A stretch of 64,000 nt of DNA from Botryllus schlosseri (taxonomy: Eukaryota). Shown here in pieces: positions 14,665-29,037 of this stretch. The notes beneath the pieces are model-generated. The model was not told where the DNA came from. It did not search any database and saw only the letters and a program-made list of their open reading frames with translations. Within the stretch, counting starts at the first letter, position 1, and each line of letters begins with the position of its first letter. The translations under genes were made by a program, and so were the position numbers. The DNA is taken from contig CM119371.1 in NCBI GenBank assembly GCA_051294905.1, positions 3,660,001-3,724,000 of the forward strand, written 5' to 3'.

Positions 14665-17600
14665 AACCCCAACATTTGTGAAAATCGACTTGGTTTAGCA
14701 GCAACAAAATTACCAAACAATGTCCTATCGCGCGGCGTTCAAATTGTTCGCACCAAGTCACGAGGTTTCCGGTCTCAAGTCGATCTTACAAGTCGAGTCA
14801 TCTTCACTTATTCACCGTGTCAAGTCCAACTCCCAGTCGTGTTGCGGGGGTTGTGTTCATTGTGTTCATAGTTCAGTTTCGAGTTCAGGTAGCCTGTTGA
14901 AACCAATTTTTTACAGTTATGCTGGGGTGAAATCGGATGCGTGGTATTCATAATATGCTGATTTTCATCAGTTATAACAAGTTTTGGCACTAATTTTAGG
15001 TGTGAGTACTGTTAGACGAAATTCTTTAATATGGAACTTCACTATTTTTCGGAGTTGAGATGAAATGCCGTCTTGACTGCTAGAGTTTTGACTCAAAAAA
15101 TACCAACTAGAAAACCAATCGCACTCAAAACCATTTTCCCCGGTTACGTTTTTCAAAGTCAAACTTGCTACTGGCAAGGAGCGGGCATATTTCGAAACGA
15201 GACCGTCAAAGACTCTGACCCTGCCAGTAGCGTCTTCCTTTGGTTTTCTGGCCTCTCGCCGAAGGCTGTCTATTCTTGCTTGCTTTTTACTCTCAATAGT
15301 TTTGTGTGACTTTCCGTTGATCGGACTCGCAGTTGAGTTTTCGGCTATGTCGCACTCGTACCTCAATTTTGACCTTGTCTCCCGAACGGATATTCGGTTT
15401 CACATAATTCGGCAACGGAAGTAGTTTTTACCGCAGGCTTTCGTACCAACGTTGCCTTGAAACGCAAGTCTAGTCGCATCTGACCAATATGTAGATCGAA
15501 TTTTTGTTTCCCGTTCTGTAATCCGAGTTTTGTACCGTTCTCTCTCTTTTCCTGTGAGCGACTGAATCTCCCGATGACTTTCTCTTGAAACTTTGTCGGT
15601 TTGGGTTCGATTTTGTGTCGGCATCATTCAACGAGTCAAGTTTTTGTTTGTAGCTTCTGCTTCGTGAGAAATTTCGCTCAACGCTCTTCTTTGAATTCGA
15701 AAGTTTCCCTAAAAGGTATGAATCGGTTTAATTTCTCGGCAAAATAGCACGCCCCTCGTATAACAGTAACTTGTTATGCTTTCTGAAATTGCACCACTTA
15801 TTGAGCTAGGCACAATGTCCAAAGGACACGCATCTGAAATCAGTACAGTATTAACCCTACCGATTTGAGTCAACTAGAGAAATGATTCGTCTCCTGGCCA
15901 ATAGGCCTGTGCAGAATCGAGTACGTGAGTGATTAGATACTGAATCACACATTAGGTTTCGAGCGCGTTGGAGTATTTGAGCATCACTCATTATCGCAAA
16001 ATAACCGTATTTGAGATGTCAAAGTTTATATATATTCGAAAATTTCACCACTCGACTTAACTCAACTAACCACTATGTGTTAATTTATTAACTAGAATTA
16101 TTGTTTCGATTGTATTTCCACTGAGGAAGCCTTGGAACTGCTTTGGTCATATAACAGTATACGAAAGCTGTTGTACAAAACTACGTTAGCGGAAAGGAAA
16201 TATTTGCAAACCCGCAGAATTTGCAATGAAATAGCCATGGTCAACAAAAAACATATTATTTTTATCATGACGTAGAGCAGACCTTAAATTCTTTGTGGTT
16301 GCATGAAAGGTACACATTTGCACTTTCCACATTTCCCATACCCCTATGATATAATAAGTAGCGATACTTGACGCGACGCCTAATATTCGACTCATGGTCC
16401 AATCATTCAGGCACTCGATTTTCACAAGCCTACCAATGAATACTACCTGGAGATTGTCAGTGGTCATCAACTCTCACAGAACACCATGTTTCAATACTGA
16501 GTGGCAGTATCTCAAAATCTATTCCGGTGGCCAACAAGTTCTAAATCACATTAGGAGCGTATTCTTTCACATACTATTTTAGGCTTCACTGGGTATAATG
16601 TGATTGGCTGGTATGCAGACTTGTACAAGCTACCAATCTAATTAGTTGACGGTCAACTAAAAACTATGTTTTGATTAGTTATTGTCGTGGATTTTTAGAA
16701 GTGATTTAGTCACAATAGCGTATTAAACTAACTAGTTGCCAACAGCTCGGAAAAACGCGTCATCGTTCGACGTGAATCGTGATCCCATCGCTTAATTGCG
16801 TGATGTTCTTGCAGACTTTTCTACCCCAGAGTCATCACTGCAGAGACTGGCGCGGCCCGGTGTCAGGAGTTTACAGCTTCCCCATTTCAACTAGAAGCGC
16901 TGTCTTTTAGAAGTGCCGATTATCTATCCAATATTTTTTATCTCGTTAGCAATTCAGTAAATTGCATTATCATTGCTGCCAATTATCGACTATCGTCAGT
17001 GCACAGCAACAGATCTAGTTAGCTAGTTGCAAATCTTTAAAGGCAGTTGTTCAAATTTTATTTCTGAGTTTTGTAGTTAAGTAAGCAGATCGAGTTCTAG
17101 TTGTGCCTCTCGAACATCTAGTATTTGTAGAAGTCAGCTGGTATATTTTATTTGAAGTAGTGATTAAAGATTCCGCCTCGTTGGCTGAAATATGACCAAG
17201 TGTTGTCAAGGAGGAATGAAAGCAGAAAATAGACCAGAAAATGAAAAAAGGCCAATGTGTAACCTAACGTCAAAAAATATCAGCATCATTTGGAAGTTCT
17301 ACCTGTTTTCCAATCCAAATATCCGTATTCGGCTATGGTCCGCTTGATCAGCCCGAGATTGTCTGGATTGTTATTGAAACTTTTGAAAATCTTCAAAGCG
17401 TGCTCAGCACTGCTCATGCTTGTCCAAGGTAATGAACACATTTCCGAGCGGTATTCCAACTCCATCTTCATTAAAATGCTTCAGATCTCGTATCACTCCA
17501 GATTTTGAGATAACTAAGCCACGTCAAACTTTTCATTGAGACAGAAGAAGTTCCTGAAAACATAATGGCATCAGTTATTCGAAGTGCTCATAGAGTAAAC

Positions 17601-18488
17601 ATGTTAGTCAATTGCAAAGAAAAGCTATACAGTGGAATCTGCTCATTTCAGACACCTTGGTTCCTCTCACTTTTGCCCAAATTAGGCGGAAAATCAATCG
17701 TTCGCTTCATGGTTGAGAATAAAGGAGTATATCACATTCAAATTACAGTAATGTTGTGGAATAAATTAATTACAGCTTAGCTATACTGCAGTGATTGGCA
17801 CGTATCGCATGAAACACACATCAGTTATACCTTGGGGTTAGTTGTGTTGTAGCACAATGTATTTGGATACCAAACCATTCCTTGAATCCCGTATTACTGT
17901 GTAACGCAGGCATATAGGTGTCAAATTGGACTTTTTGACATCCAACCAACTGTCGAACTATCAAGCATACTGTACTCAGTACAATTTCACTTTTTATGTT
18001 GGACTTCTTCGTACCCACTTTTTTACGAAATTAACTGTGGCTATGAAACTGACACAACCTTGCATGAGTTCATTGTTCAATGTCACTGCAGTAGTGCATG
18101 GACTGTCATTGTTTCACTATAATCACTTGATTTGTTATAAAACGAGCGAAGAACTGTTTTTTGTGCCACACAGAAGTTGCAACCCTGTGTTATTGCATGT
18201 CATTTAAGGGCCAAATAATGCGATTACCGGGGTTACCAGGTGTCCTCATTAGAGAGATGTTTACACGTGCACTGGGCCTGTAGGCGAAACTGCTGCAAGC
18301 AAAAATACAGAACAGCATTTCTCAACTTGAGCAGCCGTGCCGGTAAAATTTCCAAAAACGTCAGCACGGAATGTGATAACAAAAGTATGAGATTCACAAC
18401 AAAGAATCTGAACATTAATTTAGTGAGAAATTCACCTCTATCGTTTTTATATCACGCACTTGGACAAGATAATTTTAGTTGTCAAAGT

Positions 18489-18790
18489 GGTTTCCCGACA
18501 TATGAGCATGCGACACAATGGAAAACGACAGTTCAGCATGGAACACATCAGCATGCGTCACTTCAGCATGTGACTGTATAACCCAAAAACTTACCCTAAC
18601 CCGAAACATAGCCTAACCTAACCTAACCTAGCCTAACCTAACCTAAACCCTAACCCTAACCCAACCATAAACCTAACCTAACCTACCCCTAACCCGTAAT
18701 TTAACCCACATGCTCATGTGTCGCATGCCAAATTGTCGCATGCCGAAGCGTCGCATGCTGTAATGTCGCATGCTCATATGTCCACGGACC
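18489..18790. mobile_element. MITE with an 8-bp TSD and an internal (CCTAA/CCCTAA)n array
   Basis: Perfect TSD gtcaaagt (18481-88, 18791-98). Inverted termini gg..gacatatgagcatgcgaca / tgtcgcatgctcatatgtc..cc, ~15-bp subterminal gcatgcgac repeats, and a telomere-like array at ~18580-18710. Confidence 0.9.
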
Positions 18791-21700
18791 GTCAAAGTAT
18801 ACTAGTTAGGAGAAAATGCCGGTAATCTAATTGTAAAATAATATGTGAAATGTTTCAAAGCCGCAATTTCAATTCTAATCTAATTTCTGGTTTTCCCGAA
18901 TGTGCGTAACGAGTCAAGGTTGGTGTCCAGACATTTGTCATCCTCATGCTTATCAGAATGAGGTCTGATCTGATATGAACCGAACATCATCCCATGTCCA
19001 AGTTTTCGTGAATTGAGTATTTCTAAGTTCAATCTTATTTGAAAAATATGTGTAACTATGACTCTAATTCTAATCTAATTTGGAAAAGATTGTCTAGGTA
19101 TAATTCTAGTCTGATTTGTATCCATCATTTTAATTCCAATCAAATTTGGAAAGCTAAAAATGATCTAGTTGTGCAAATCAGGCTCAGCAAATCCCTGGGG
19201 TTATCGTGCGAGACCCGGTAAGTGACCACTGCTCTAAGGTAATTATAATTACTATGTATGATGGTAGTTGTGATTCTGACATACCTTCCATTTTTTACCG
19301 TTTACAATCCTAGGTTTGTGAACTCAGAGTCGACTTGTGGAGAAAAAGACTTGAATATCCCTGTATGACCCGTTTTGCATTTTCGATCTTCTCACGTTTC
19401 TTCCATTCTGTTGCGTTGAGACTTTCAGCGGCTCACGTTCCTACACAGAAAACCACAAGTGGTGAATGTAGTCAATATTGCAATTTTTTACAAGTGGTAA
19501 TTGGTTAACCGGAGGTGGCTACTTTCGAAGTAGCTTCACGACAAAAGCAAAATGATTCGTGACACTAACACAAAGTACACAGGTAGAATCTTCGTAATAT
19601 TTTAAATTACTTTGACACAGGGGGCTGTAATTCACTGCGATAAGTAATGCTACTTACCCCAAAATTACTTTCTACTTTTAAAATTTAAATTGCAAAGGTA
19701 AGTAGTCTGGTCTGAAAGTAGAAGTGGAAATAATCTAAAAACATAACCACCTGAACTGCTAGTGCAAGTAGACAAAATCTACTGAAAGTTTTCAGGAAAC
19801 AAAATGGAGTCATACGCCAACCGAGTAGTCATTTTCACAGCAGACCAAAACTTCGAGTTGAAACAGCAAACGTGAACTTTCAAAGTTAGTAGATAATAGC
19901 TGTAAAATGAGCCTAAAAGGCTGAGAACCATCAGACGTGTATTATACTGTACCATGCCATAGACCACATTGAAGGTTTGCTAAATATACCGATACTACAG
20001 TTTTGAATCTCAATTTCAGTAATCCAACAAGTTGTACGCCAGCTCCTTAGTTACTGAATTGATTTAGAAATTTGGAATGAATTTTCTGCATCTTGTCATG
20101 ACATAGTTGATGACCTACTTTGGATTTGACATCCATCACGATTCAGAATACTGCAATTGCTGTACCATACTGTGTACAGTACTTAGCCACTTAGCTACTT
20201 AGCCACCCCTACAACTGGTTCAAGGATATTTACATGAGAAACCTGAAGCTGTGACCAAGTAAACAAGGTTCCGAGTCAAAAGTCCAATAAAATGTTAGAC
20301 TATAACTACGAGTCAAGTCAAATCATTTTCAATTCACCACCGACTCCACGTCAGGGAGCAATGCGCCGAGTCTGAGTCATTGTGTTGAGACTTGAGTCCG
20401 AGTCCCAGTCTCCAGTCATAGTGTTTATTGTTCAGTATCGAGTTAAGTCAGGTTCAACTCACCTCTGTGAAACTGTTGGGTGATATCAAGGTCTTGGATT
20501 AACCATATACACATTTTTCTCACTCTAGATATGCTTATTCAAACAGACAAAATACAGTTTCGTGGCCTATTTTCCAGTTATCAGTGTGCTAATGACATAC
20601 GAGACTTGAATACGTCATAGAGAATATGTAGAGTCATAGGAATTGGTCGAGTCATGCCCAGAGAATCTAGTACAAGTCGAGTAAATAAACAAATTGACTC
20701 GAGTCGAAATAAGTCATTTGCGTTTTTAAGAAGGTAACTTGAGTCAAATTGAGGTAAACGAAAAATTGTGACTCGAGTCAATACAACCCTGCATAAACCT
20801 AAGAAGACTTGCTTAAAAATTGTAATTTTTTTACTGTACTATTTTGAGACATCTGAGAGTATGATTAATTCCAGTTCACAACAAGGCTGCAATACCTCGA
20901 AAATAATTCAAAGAATTAAGTGATTTTAACGGGACCTAATGCCTCACGGTAACTTCAATAGAATCACATATATATAACACACGTAATATCAATATGGCCG
21001 TAGCAACTTTCTGATTATATTGAGCTTCCAGATATCCGCATTCAAGTAGCGCACAATCTGCGTAAATACAAATGTTGGTATTATTTCTATTTTTGATCAC
21101 TGGTCTAGAGAACGTCAGCACCACAATACTGACAACATTGAACTGAATTTTGGTTCTCAAGCATCAGGTCGTACTATACCTTCCTTGCCGAGATAAAAAA
21201 TCCTCTTGTCCTCCATTTCATTCCTTTGCTTCTTCTGTTGACCGATCATTTCGTTCGACATGCCCTGAGATGGCAGTCAACCGCATGGTTAAAGCCAGAC
21301 TTGTACAAGTCACCAATCTAGTTATGGTATTCAGTAGTTCTAGATGAGGATTTCGAAAAGTGAGTAGTTCTAGTTCTAGTTGCAGTTTTATAAAGTGAGC
21401 AGTTCTAGTTGTGAAGACCGACATTTCATTGTAATTTCGAAGCCAACACACTATTGGGATTTCGTTTGTTGGTACTGGTGCTTGAAAATGCGACCAGAAA
21501 CTGCTAAAAGTAAGGAAAATTGATATATTATAAATGCGAACCATTCAATATCACCAAACAGAGTTAAAAAAGTGGGTTTAGGAAGACTTTAACTGGAAAC
21601 TGAGCAGTCAACACAATGACTTAGACTCGGACTCGAGTCATAATACCATGACTCGGACTCGATCCTCTGTTCGCTGACTTGGACTCGGACTTGACTCGGT

Positions 21701-23395
21701 GGGAATTGAAAATGACTCGACTTGACTCGAGTCAAAAATATAAAAGTGAGATTGACTTGTGACTCGGAGCCTTGTGACTGTTTACAACCCTGATAAAAGT
21801 AATCGCGATTACATTTACTTTGCTTCTCAGAACTAATCTTAGAAGATATATTGGAAGACAATATAAGAATTGCGATGAAAAGGGCTAATGAGCTAACTAA
21901 TTTATTCAAATATGAGACTTCATTTGCTTGCTAGTTCATAATGTACCACTACCCATGACTTTATAGGGCAAGATTTATCGCATCCAGCGAATTGAATTCT
22001 TGCCAGGTCAGTAACTTCCGCACCCCAAACTCACCATTAGGGCGGGGATTGGGTTAGAAGAGAACTCAGTATTTCGCAAATCAATGTAAATTATGGGGTA
22101 TTTTGAAGAGATTTAATTACCTTGAAAAACACCTTTTCAAGCTTCGTGATTTAATGTCTGAAGATAGCATGATTTTGAAATAGATACCTCTCACCCCCTC
22201 AAGAAAAATATATGCGACTCCACGAAGTTTGTTACCGAAGAAACACCTTGACTGCAACTTTGGATATGTGTCCATTTTCAAGAGCCGCGATGGGTGGGTG
22301 TGACGAATAGTGCTGTCCTTCTAATCTGAGTTCCACAATACAAATGACATCCGGGGCACCACAGAGAAAGGAACACATGAAAATTTGTGTGCGCGTCTCG
22401 CCAAATATTTTTTTTCAGTCTACTACGTTTGGGTGAATAAAATATCTTTTGATCATATAACAGACGGGAGGTCACAAACTATATACGAAAAAGTTGACTC
22501 GAGTCTGACTCCAGTCAAGTCATGACTTGAGTCATCTCAACACTGGTCTTGACTCGAGTCAAATCGAGTCATTTTCAATTCTCTACCGAGTCAAGTTCGA
22601 GTTCAAGTCATCGAGCCGAGGGTTGAGTCCACAATTATACACACAGCAGTTTAAATCTCTCTTAATGTGAAATTACACTTATATGTGCACGGTAGCCTAC
22701 GTAATGGCATGTGTATTCCATCTTATGTTCCGAATACGACATCCATACGCAATGCTATATAACTAGAATTTTGTCATTCGAACATATCTAACTGCGTAAT
22801 AATATGAATAATATATTTGATTATATGATACGAACATTCATCGAAGTTCATCTGTAAATCAATCTGATTCGTTCAGTTGATGATGAGTTAAGCGATTATT
22901 GAACAAATGAGGCGGCTGCAACTTTTGAATCGTAAAATGAGCTCCGTACACATAATAAATGTTTGGCGTCAACTGATATATGGTTTGTTTGTTTCAGTTG
23001 ACTGTGCAAGGTACCTTGGGGTGCATTAGTCCTAACGTTGTGCATTGTACGCACTGTCAACGCATCGATTATCTTCATTTAATATTCCTTGGTTGCGGAA
23101 TGCTATTCCTGAATCTGTTTATTTACCCCACAAGCTCGCAGTCCCTTACAAATTTCAAAGTTGACTCACCAGAGTAATTCTGGTTTGCAATACGCACCAT
23201 ACACTTATCTTGCTTCCACGAGAATACAGACAAAAAGAAACTTTCAACCAACATCTGTGTGCAAAAACGATAACAAGACATTGATCTTGTGATGATGTTG
23301 TATTAGCACGATAGGTAATGTGGAATGCAATGTAAAATTAGTTGCTGTCAATCATGCGCATCATATTGCAAATGAGAAGCATATTGCACGTCTGC

Positions 23396-23650
23396 GAGCG
23401 AGATAGTGTAATGATGATGCGTCCGGCTTCTTGATCGGTAGGTCGTGGGCTCGATCCCCGACCATGTCAGGCCAAAGACTCGAAAACTGGTATCCGCGGC
23501 TATCTTGCTAGGCGCTCAGCAAATACGGATAGCATGGAGGAGAAAAACGGAGCTGTAGACTAGACGAACTTACTATAAAGGCGGCTGCATCTCCGTCGTC
23601 AAAGCTCCTTGATGGTGCGGGCGAAAAAGAATACCATATATCTCTCTCTG
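23396..23650 (+). mobile_element. tRNA-derived SINE family 2
   Basis: gagcgagatagtgtaatg (A box), gctcgatccc (B box) and the central ccaaagactcgaaaactggtatccgcggctatcttgctaggcgctcagca. Three copies in the window. Confidence 0.88.
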
Positions 23651-24949
23651 AAACGTCACAAATAAATTGCCACGATAAGATTGATTAGATGAATTAATAC
23701 CAGGGGTTCCAAAACTAGGGTCGCGACTTAAATGAGTTGGCTTTTCTATTCTTTGGTGTTGGGTAAACAAAAATTAAATACCGATGGCTACTATAAGAAT
23801 TAAGGGGATGCTATGGGCAACTCATTTCTGAATATTTTAGTTCATTTTTTAAATGGAAGAAAAAACGACCTACGTGATATGTGATCGGGTGTGCCATGTG
23901 GTGAAAGTATGATACATACACAGGACATGTGCGAACGGCGCAGTCAGCTAGGTCAGTCGTATATCGTTATCTGTATTTCGCGTGACGCGAATTATCACAT
24001 AAAATACTTGATTAATTCGATTTAATATAAATAGAAAACGTTCTGATAGTCATAAATACGTTGCTATAGTATTGATTGAGTTTCTTAAGCTCAAGTATGG
24101 AGGTGAACGAGTTCATAATTGCAAGCTTGGTATTGCTGCGCACATATTTGCCAGCTCTAAAACACAAGTCGCGACTCGCGAGTAGGTTTGGTCGAAGGTG
24201 CTGACCATTTTCAATTATCAGCACGCCAAATTGAGAGGTTTGATCGCGGAACATTTTGAAATCGAAATTTTGGGTCGCTACCAAAATAACTGATCATACG
24301 TGAACATGTGTAGGCTATACACACTGAGCAGTGTGAACAATGGGCCAACTTCACGTACTCGCCATTCGCATGGTTCTCATTTGTTTTTCTCCTTTGTAAG
24401 CTTATAGTTTCCCTCACACATGCGGTGATTACTTCGTCAACGTATTTAATTCCGATTACGATTGCACCAAAATCTCCTATATGATTATATTGTTGAAGGG
24501 ACAGTGCACTCTCAATATGATGCGGTCTCGAATTGAAGATAAAATCGGTAAAAAATTCTTGGCCGCAACTATTCTCCTCAGAAAGCTTCCGTAAAGAAGC
24601 AGCGGCTAAACGAAAATTCCAACTACCCGCATTACTCGCCAGTTGAATTAGTATTGTTTATAATTGTGGCGCGGCTGCGAGTCTCTGTTGCTTAACCAGT
24701 TGCGAGCTTGCTGGCACGATATCTTCACTTGCACTTGCTCGACGCGATCTCCATTACGATTTCTCGCCAGCAATAACTTTTATTTTTATTCATCATGATA
24801 CCAACTTTTGTCGTTAGGGGTCGACGCAATGACCGAACAAGATTTAGGGGCCCACACACTAGATGAAAGGTTAAAACACACCGCACTAGACTCTGGGACT
24901 AATCCAATATAATGTAACAGATTATCAAGAAGTGAAATAGTTGGCTTTA

Positions 24950-25199
24950 GGAGATACCAGATTTATTTTCGCCAGCACCATCGAGATGCTTTAACGCTGG
25001 AGATGCGATTCGACCTGCAAGCAAGGACATATAGCCTGCACCCACCCTTCTTCTCCTCCATGCTATCCGCGGATGCTGAGCGCCTAGCAGGATAGCCACG
25101 TATACCAGTTTTTGAGTCTCCGGTCCGACATGGCCGATGATCGAATCCACAACCCGCCGATCAAGAAGCCGGACGCATCACCATTGCGCTATCTAGCTC
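24950..25199 (-). mobile_element. tRNA-derived SINE family 2
   Basis: Reverse complement of the 23396 and 57670 copies. Confidence 0.85.
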
Positions 25200-28100
25200 G
25201 GAGACCATAGCTGATACGAGGCAGAAGACTGAAAATGATTGAAAACATTTCAATTTTATGTAGCCTAACCTATTTCTTTGTACAGAGATAGTCTACTCCA
25301 ACGCTTCGAAACACATTTACAAGATGACCCATCAACAAAAATAATTAGAATCCGTAAAATATTGTGGCCAAAACAAATTGAGGGCTCTTCTATTTGGCGT
25401 CAAGGTCAAGGACTGCATTGCACATACGACTCACCATGTTAGTGATAAGATGAGGAGTCAGTCCGCACCACATAAGGACATCGTTCAGCAGATTTATATT
25501 TCAAATCTAGATAGTTGACAGTATACTAACTACTGGCTTTTTACAGCAGGCCTAGTTCTAGTTCTAGTCACAAGTTTTGAAAAATGAGAAGTCCTGGTTG
25601 CAGTTTTGTGATTTAAAAACCAGGTAGTAGATACAAGTCTGGCGGACTGACGACCACCGATGCAATGACACACATGTTACAAAATAATCTCTGCCTTGGC
25701 ATCGTAAATCTGTCCATACTCCGAGAAAGCCTTGGCCTTGGTCTTCCGAAACTTTACAGATTTCGAACTAACACCGTCCATCCTTTGTGAACATCGTTTC
25801 GCGTCTTGATATCGTGTTTCTCCTTCAACTTGAAAACTAAAAGCAACCAAGCACCAAGTCCATGCACCAACAGCATACGCTTGAAATGCCATACGGCAAC
25901 TACAGGATATGTCGCGAGTAGCAATAATCTCGGCAACTATACCGATGTACGAGGCAAGGCGCTAATTTACGTTTGTATATTCATATAACGTTGAATTGCA
26001 TAAAATCTTGAAGCGGTTTCATGATATCTGGAAGAATGGGTAAAATATTCGTGAGGGATATATAGAGCAGACAATCGGATGGATATTGATGCAGACACTC
26101 ACGCTACTAACTTAGAATAATGTGATATCGGAAGTTAGAGACGAGGTAATAGTCTTTAGTAGAGTTGAGATAGTGGGTACCGTTGATGCTATTCAAGTAG
26201 ATTGGTGAAATGGTTATTGGCAGAGTCGAGATTGTTACCGAAATTGATGCTACTCAAGTATAGTTGACGACATTGTCAATCAGTGGTATTGTCATCATTG
26301 AGGACATAGCTACATCCGCCTTTTAACGGGTCTCCACTGTCACTTTGAAACTAGATTTTGTGGTATCGAGAGAGACACCTGAAAATGTGTAGTTTTTAAA
26401 TACAAGAGCCATATATATATATATATGAAGAGGTCTTGGGAATGTGTCATGAGCTAGAGAATCACAGATTGCTTTCACGCAGCTATGCACTGTATCATAT
26501 TTTCTGATTCGAACAAGGAGAGAGGAAATCCTTCGAATAATTGAAGTTTTTCGTTGTCTTGACCCAAGTCATTTACTTGGAAAATGGAAATGGTAAATGA
26601 CTCAACTCGACTGGAGAAACTTTGTGTATTGACTCGACTTGTACTCGACAAACTCCTATGACTCGAAAAATTCTATATGACCTGAATCAAGTGTCGCATA
26701 ACAGGTTGTGGAACTGTTTGAGACTCGTGTCTAGTCATGAATCGAGTTATTACAAGTCTGAATTTGCTTCTGTTCAAATTTCATTATCAGCTAACAGAGA
26801 AGGTGATTCTTACAATTTTGAAAAATTACTGGCAAATTAATACCAAAAGGCTAAGCAAAAACCTGCGGCACATTGTCTCAATATGCTTAATAATACTACT
26901 GACACCGGTACTGTTCAGAAATACTGAATTTAAATATTACTTCAAGTAGTTGATGACAAGTCTTGTAACTCGCTTGTAATTGCCTAAAAATGAACAGCAT
27001 TACTGCTACTTCAATCCCCAGATGGTGTAAGGCTAGAGCCAGGTTTGCAATGACTCCAACCGAGTCGGACTCGAGTCAATATCTTAATATTGGATATCGA
27101 CTCGATTCGAGTCACTTTATCTGTTGACTCGAAGCGAGTCATTTTTTTTAATTTTAAGATAATGACTGTGAGTCATTTAAAAAATTCCAAACCTACCGTT
27201 CAGTGAATTTATTGAAAAGTTTGACAACCACTGGGTTACAAGATCATAATTGTAATGCAGCTGCAATGTCGATGCCAATCCCAATTGTCTCTTGAAAAGT
27301 ATGTCACGGGATTAAACTAACCTGGTATTACAATGGAAAATGCCGTTACTTGAAAGTTTAAAAATTGCTTGGATCTGATCCATAGAAAGACCTCGTCTGT
27401 AATGGCAAAGAAAAGACACGTTGGTTAATAAGCCATTCAAATTCAAACTTTACAGTCAGCCAATGTGTTGAGACTTTTTGTAATGTCTTTTTTGATCCAA
27501 CTGATGAAGCATCGTAGGAATAGGACTTAAAATGAATGTCATGTGATGATCTTCCATGAGCAAGGTCTCTATTAGAAGAATGAGGACATGAAAATTTTAC
27601 AAGGTCATGCCATTTCCACACACATAATGTGGGCTACTATGCAGAAAGTATGGCATAATTAGATATGGAGAGGTGAGAGGCGTTAAATATCACTTTTTAC
27701 TGACAATGATAGCATACATTAGCACATTGTATTCGAAGACTCAACACACCATGAACAGCATACACACAACTCACAATCTAATAACAGTAGTTTCATATAG
27801 AGAATGTTACTTAAAAGTATTCACTGTAAGATCAAACTAACGTAGCATGTGACTGTTTCATCATGGAAGACACCGATTCTTCTATTTGTGAGACTACTTA
27901 CACTCGTTGGCAACCATGAGATGCACTTCATCCTTTTTTCAAGTTTCATTTCAAGCGGACGTCCTTCTTGACAGTTGGAGAGAGACATCTGAGAATATTA
28001 AGTGCATTAAAGATGAATGGCTCTTATATAAATGTGTTCTGATCAATAGATTCACTGATTGTTTCCAGAACGCTATGCACTGCATTACTAAATCTGATTT

Positions 28101-28669
28101 ATAGTAGAGAAAAGAAATAATTCACATATTTCGATTTTTTGTCAACTTGACTCGCCTCGAGTCATTTCTTTGGACAATGGAAATTGCAAATGACTCCAGT
28201 TCACTTGAGACACTTTGTGTGTGGACTCAATTTGTAGGCCTACTGCAGTCATTACGCATGCCTCTCTATGAATTTAAATGACTCAGACATTCCATATTAC
28301 TTGATTCAAATCTTTTATCAGGATCAATACTTGAAAAATAGGCATTAAATTGTCAGAGACTCGAGTCAAGTCAAGTCATGACTCGAGTCACTACAAGCCT
28401 GAATAAAGCCAATGCATGATTATAAAAGGATAGTGCATCGAAAATCTTGCCTATTTGCGTTGCTGTTGTTCATTATCAATTAATCGAGAAGATGATTCTA
28501 GTCATTTTCACAGCTATTACTGGCAAATTATTATTAAAAATCTGCGACACATTCAGTCAATCTATCCAGTAAAACAACATACTCGGGTACTTATAAGAAC
28601 TTCTGCTGTTGAATATTACTTCGAGTAGTTGTAACAAGTCTCAAATCGCTCATAATTCATTAGAAATTA

Positions 28670-28875
28670 CGGGGTCGACTCCAGACTTCCTACCTAAGTG
28701 TCTGAGGTTAACCTGGCCTCCTCCTCCTCATATCATCTGTGTAAACTTGTCTCATAAAAGCCCGAACGTGGGCCGTGCTACAAGTCGGCAGCTAAGGATA
28801 GAAATGGAGAAAATTTGCCAGGTTTAAATGACCATGGTAGTCGACAAACACCATGAACACCACAAACAACAACAT
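28670..28875 (+). mobile_element. 5'-truncated copy of SINE family 1
   Basis: Shares gtgggccgtg..aagtcggcag and taaatgaccat..cgacaaacaccatgaacac, plus the caa tail, with 14470-14664. Confidence 0.8.
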
Positions 28876-29037
28876 AATTACTTCTACTTCAATCTGAAGA
28901 TAGGGTGTAAGGGTTGTATTGACTCGACTTGAGTCAGAATCGAACCATTATCTTGTATGTGGAGAATGACTCGACACGTACTCGAGTCAATGCGCACGAC
29001 TCGACCAGGTCATATTATGACCAGAGACATTCTATAA

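Larger units (their letters stand above)
15125..25836 (-). pseudogene. RBM28: Unprocessed RBM28/NOP4-like pseudogene copy A (RRM3 to C-terminus). Exon remnants: 25695-25836, 21165-21264, 19285-19440, 17303-17553, 15125-15708
   Basis: Minus-strand segments, mostly AG/GT-bounded, translate through stops and frameshifts as RNDVHKGWTVLVRNL..AKAFSEYGQIYDAK; EDKRIFYLGKEGIVRPG; AAESLNATEWKKREKIENAKR..TSRL*VHKPR; GVIRDLKHFNEDG..EHALKIFKSFNNNPDNLGLIKRTIAEYG..LENR; KLLPLPNYVKPNIRSGDKVK..FDGLVSKYARSL..KWF*. These follow the order of recalled human RBM28: SDVNEGKTVFIRNL / TRNLYLAREGLIRAG / TKAAEGVSAADMAKRE..RTRLCLHNLPK / [40 protein letters not shown] / [32 protein letters not shown]..KWFDS. Confidence 0.85.

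Noticed and set aside
18580..18710. True telomere or chromosome-fusion scar
   Set aside because: The array is short, has one orientation only, and is enclosed by TIRs and a perfect TSD.
24196..24277. Additional RRM exon (NFDFKMFRDQTSQFGVL)
   Set aside because: Only the SQFG motif resembles an RRM, which is too little to support a call.
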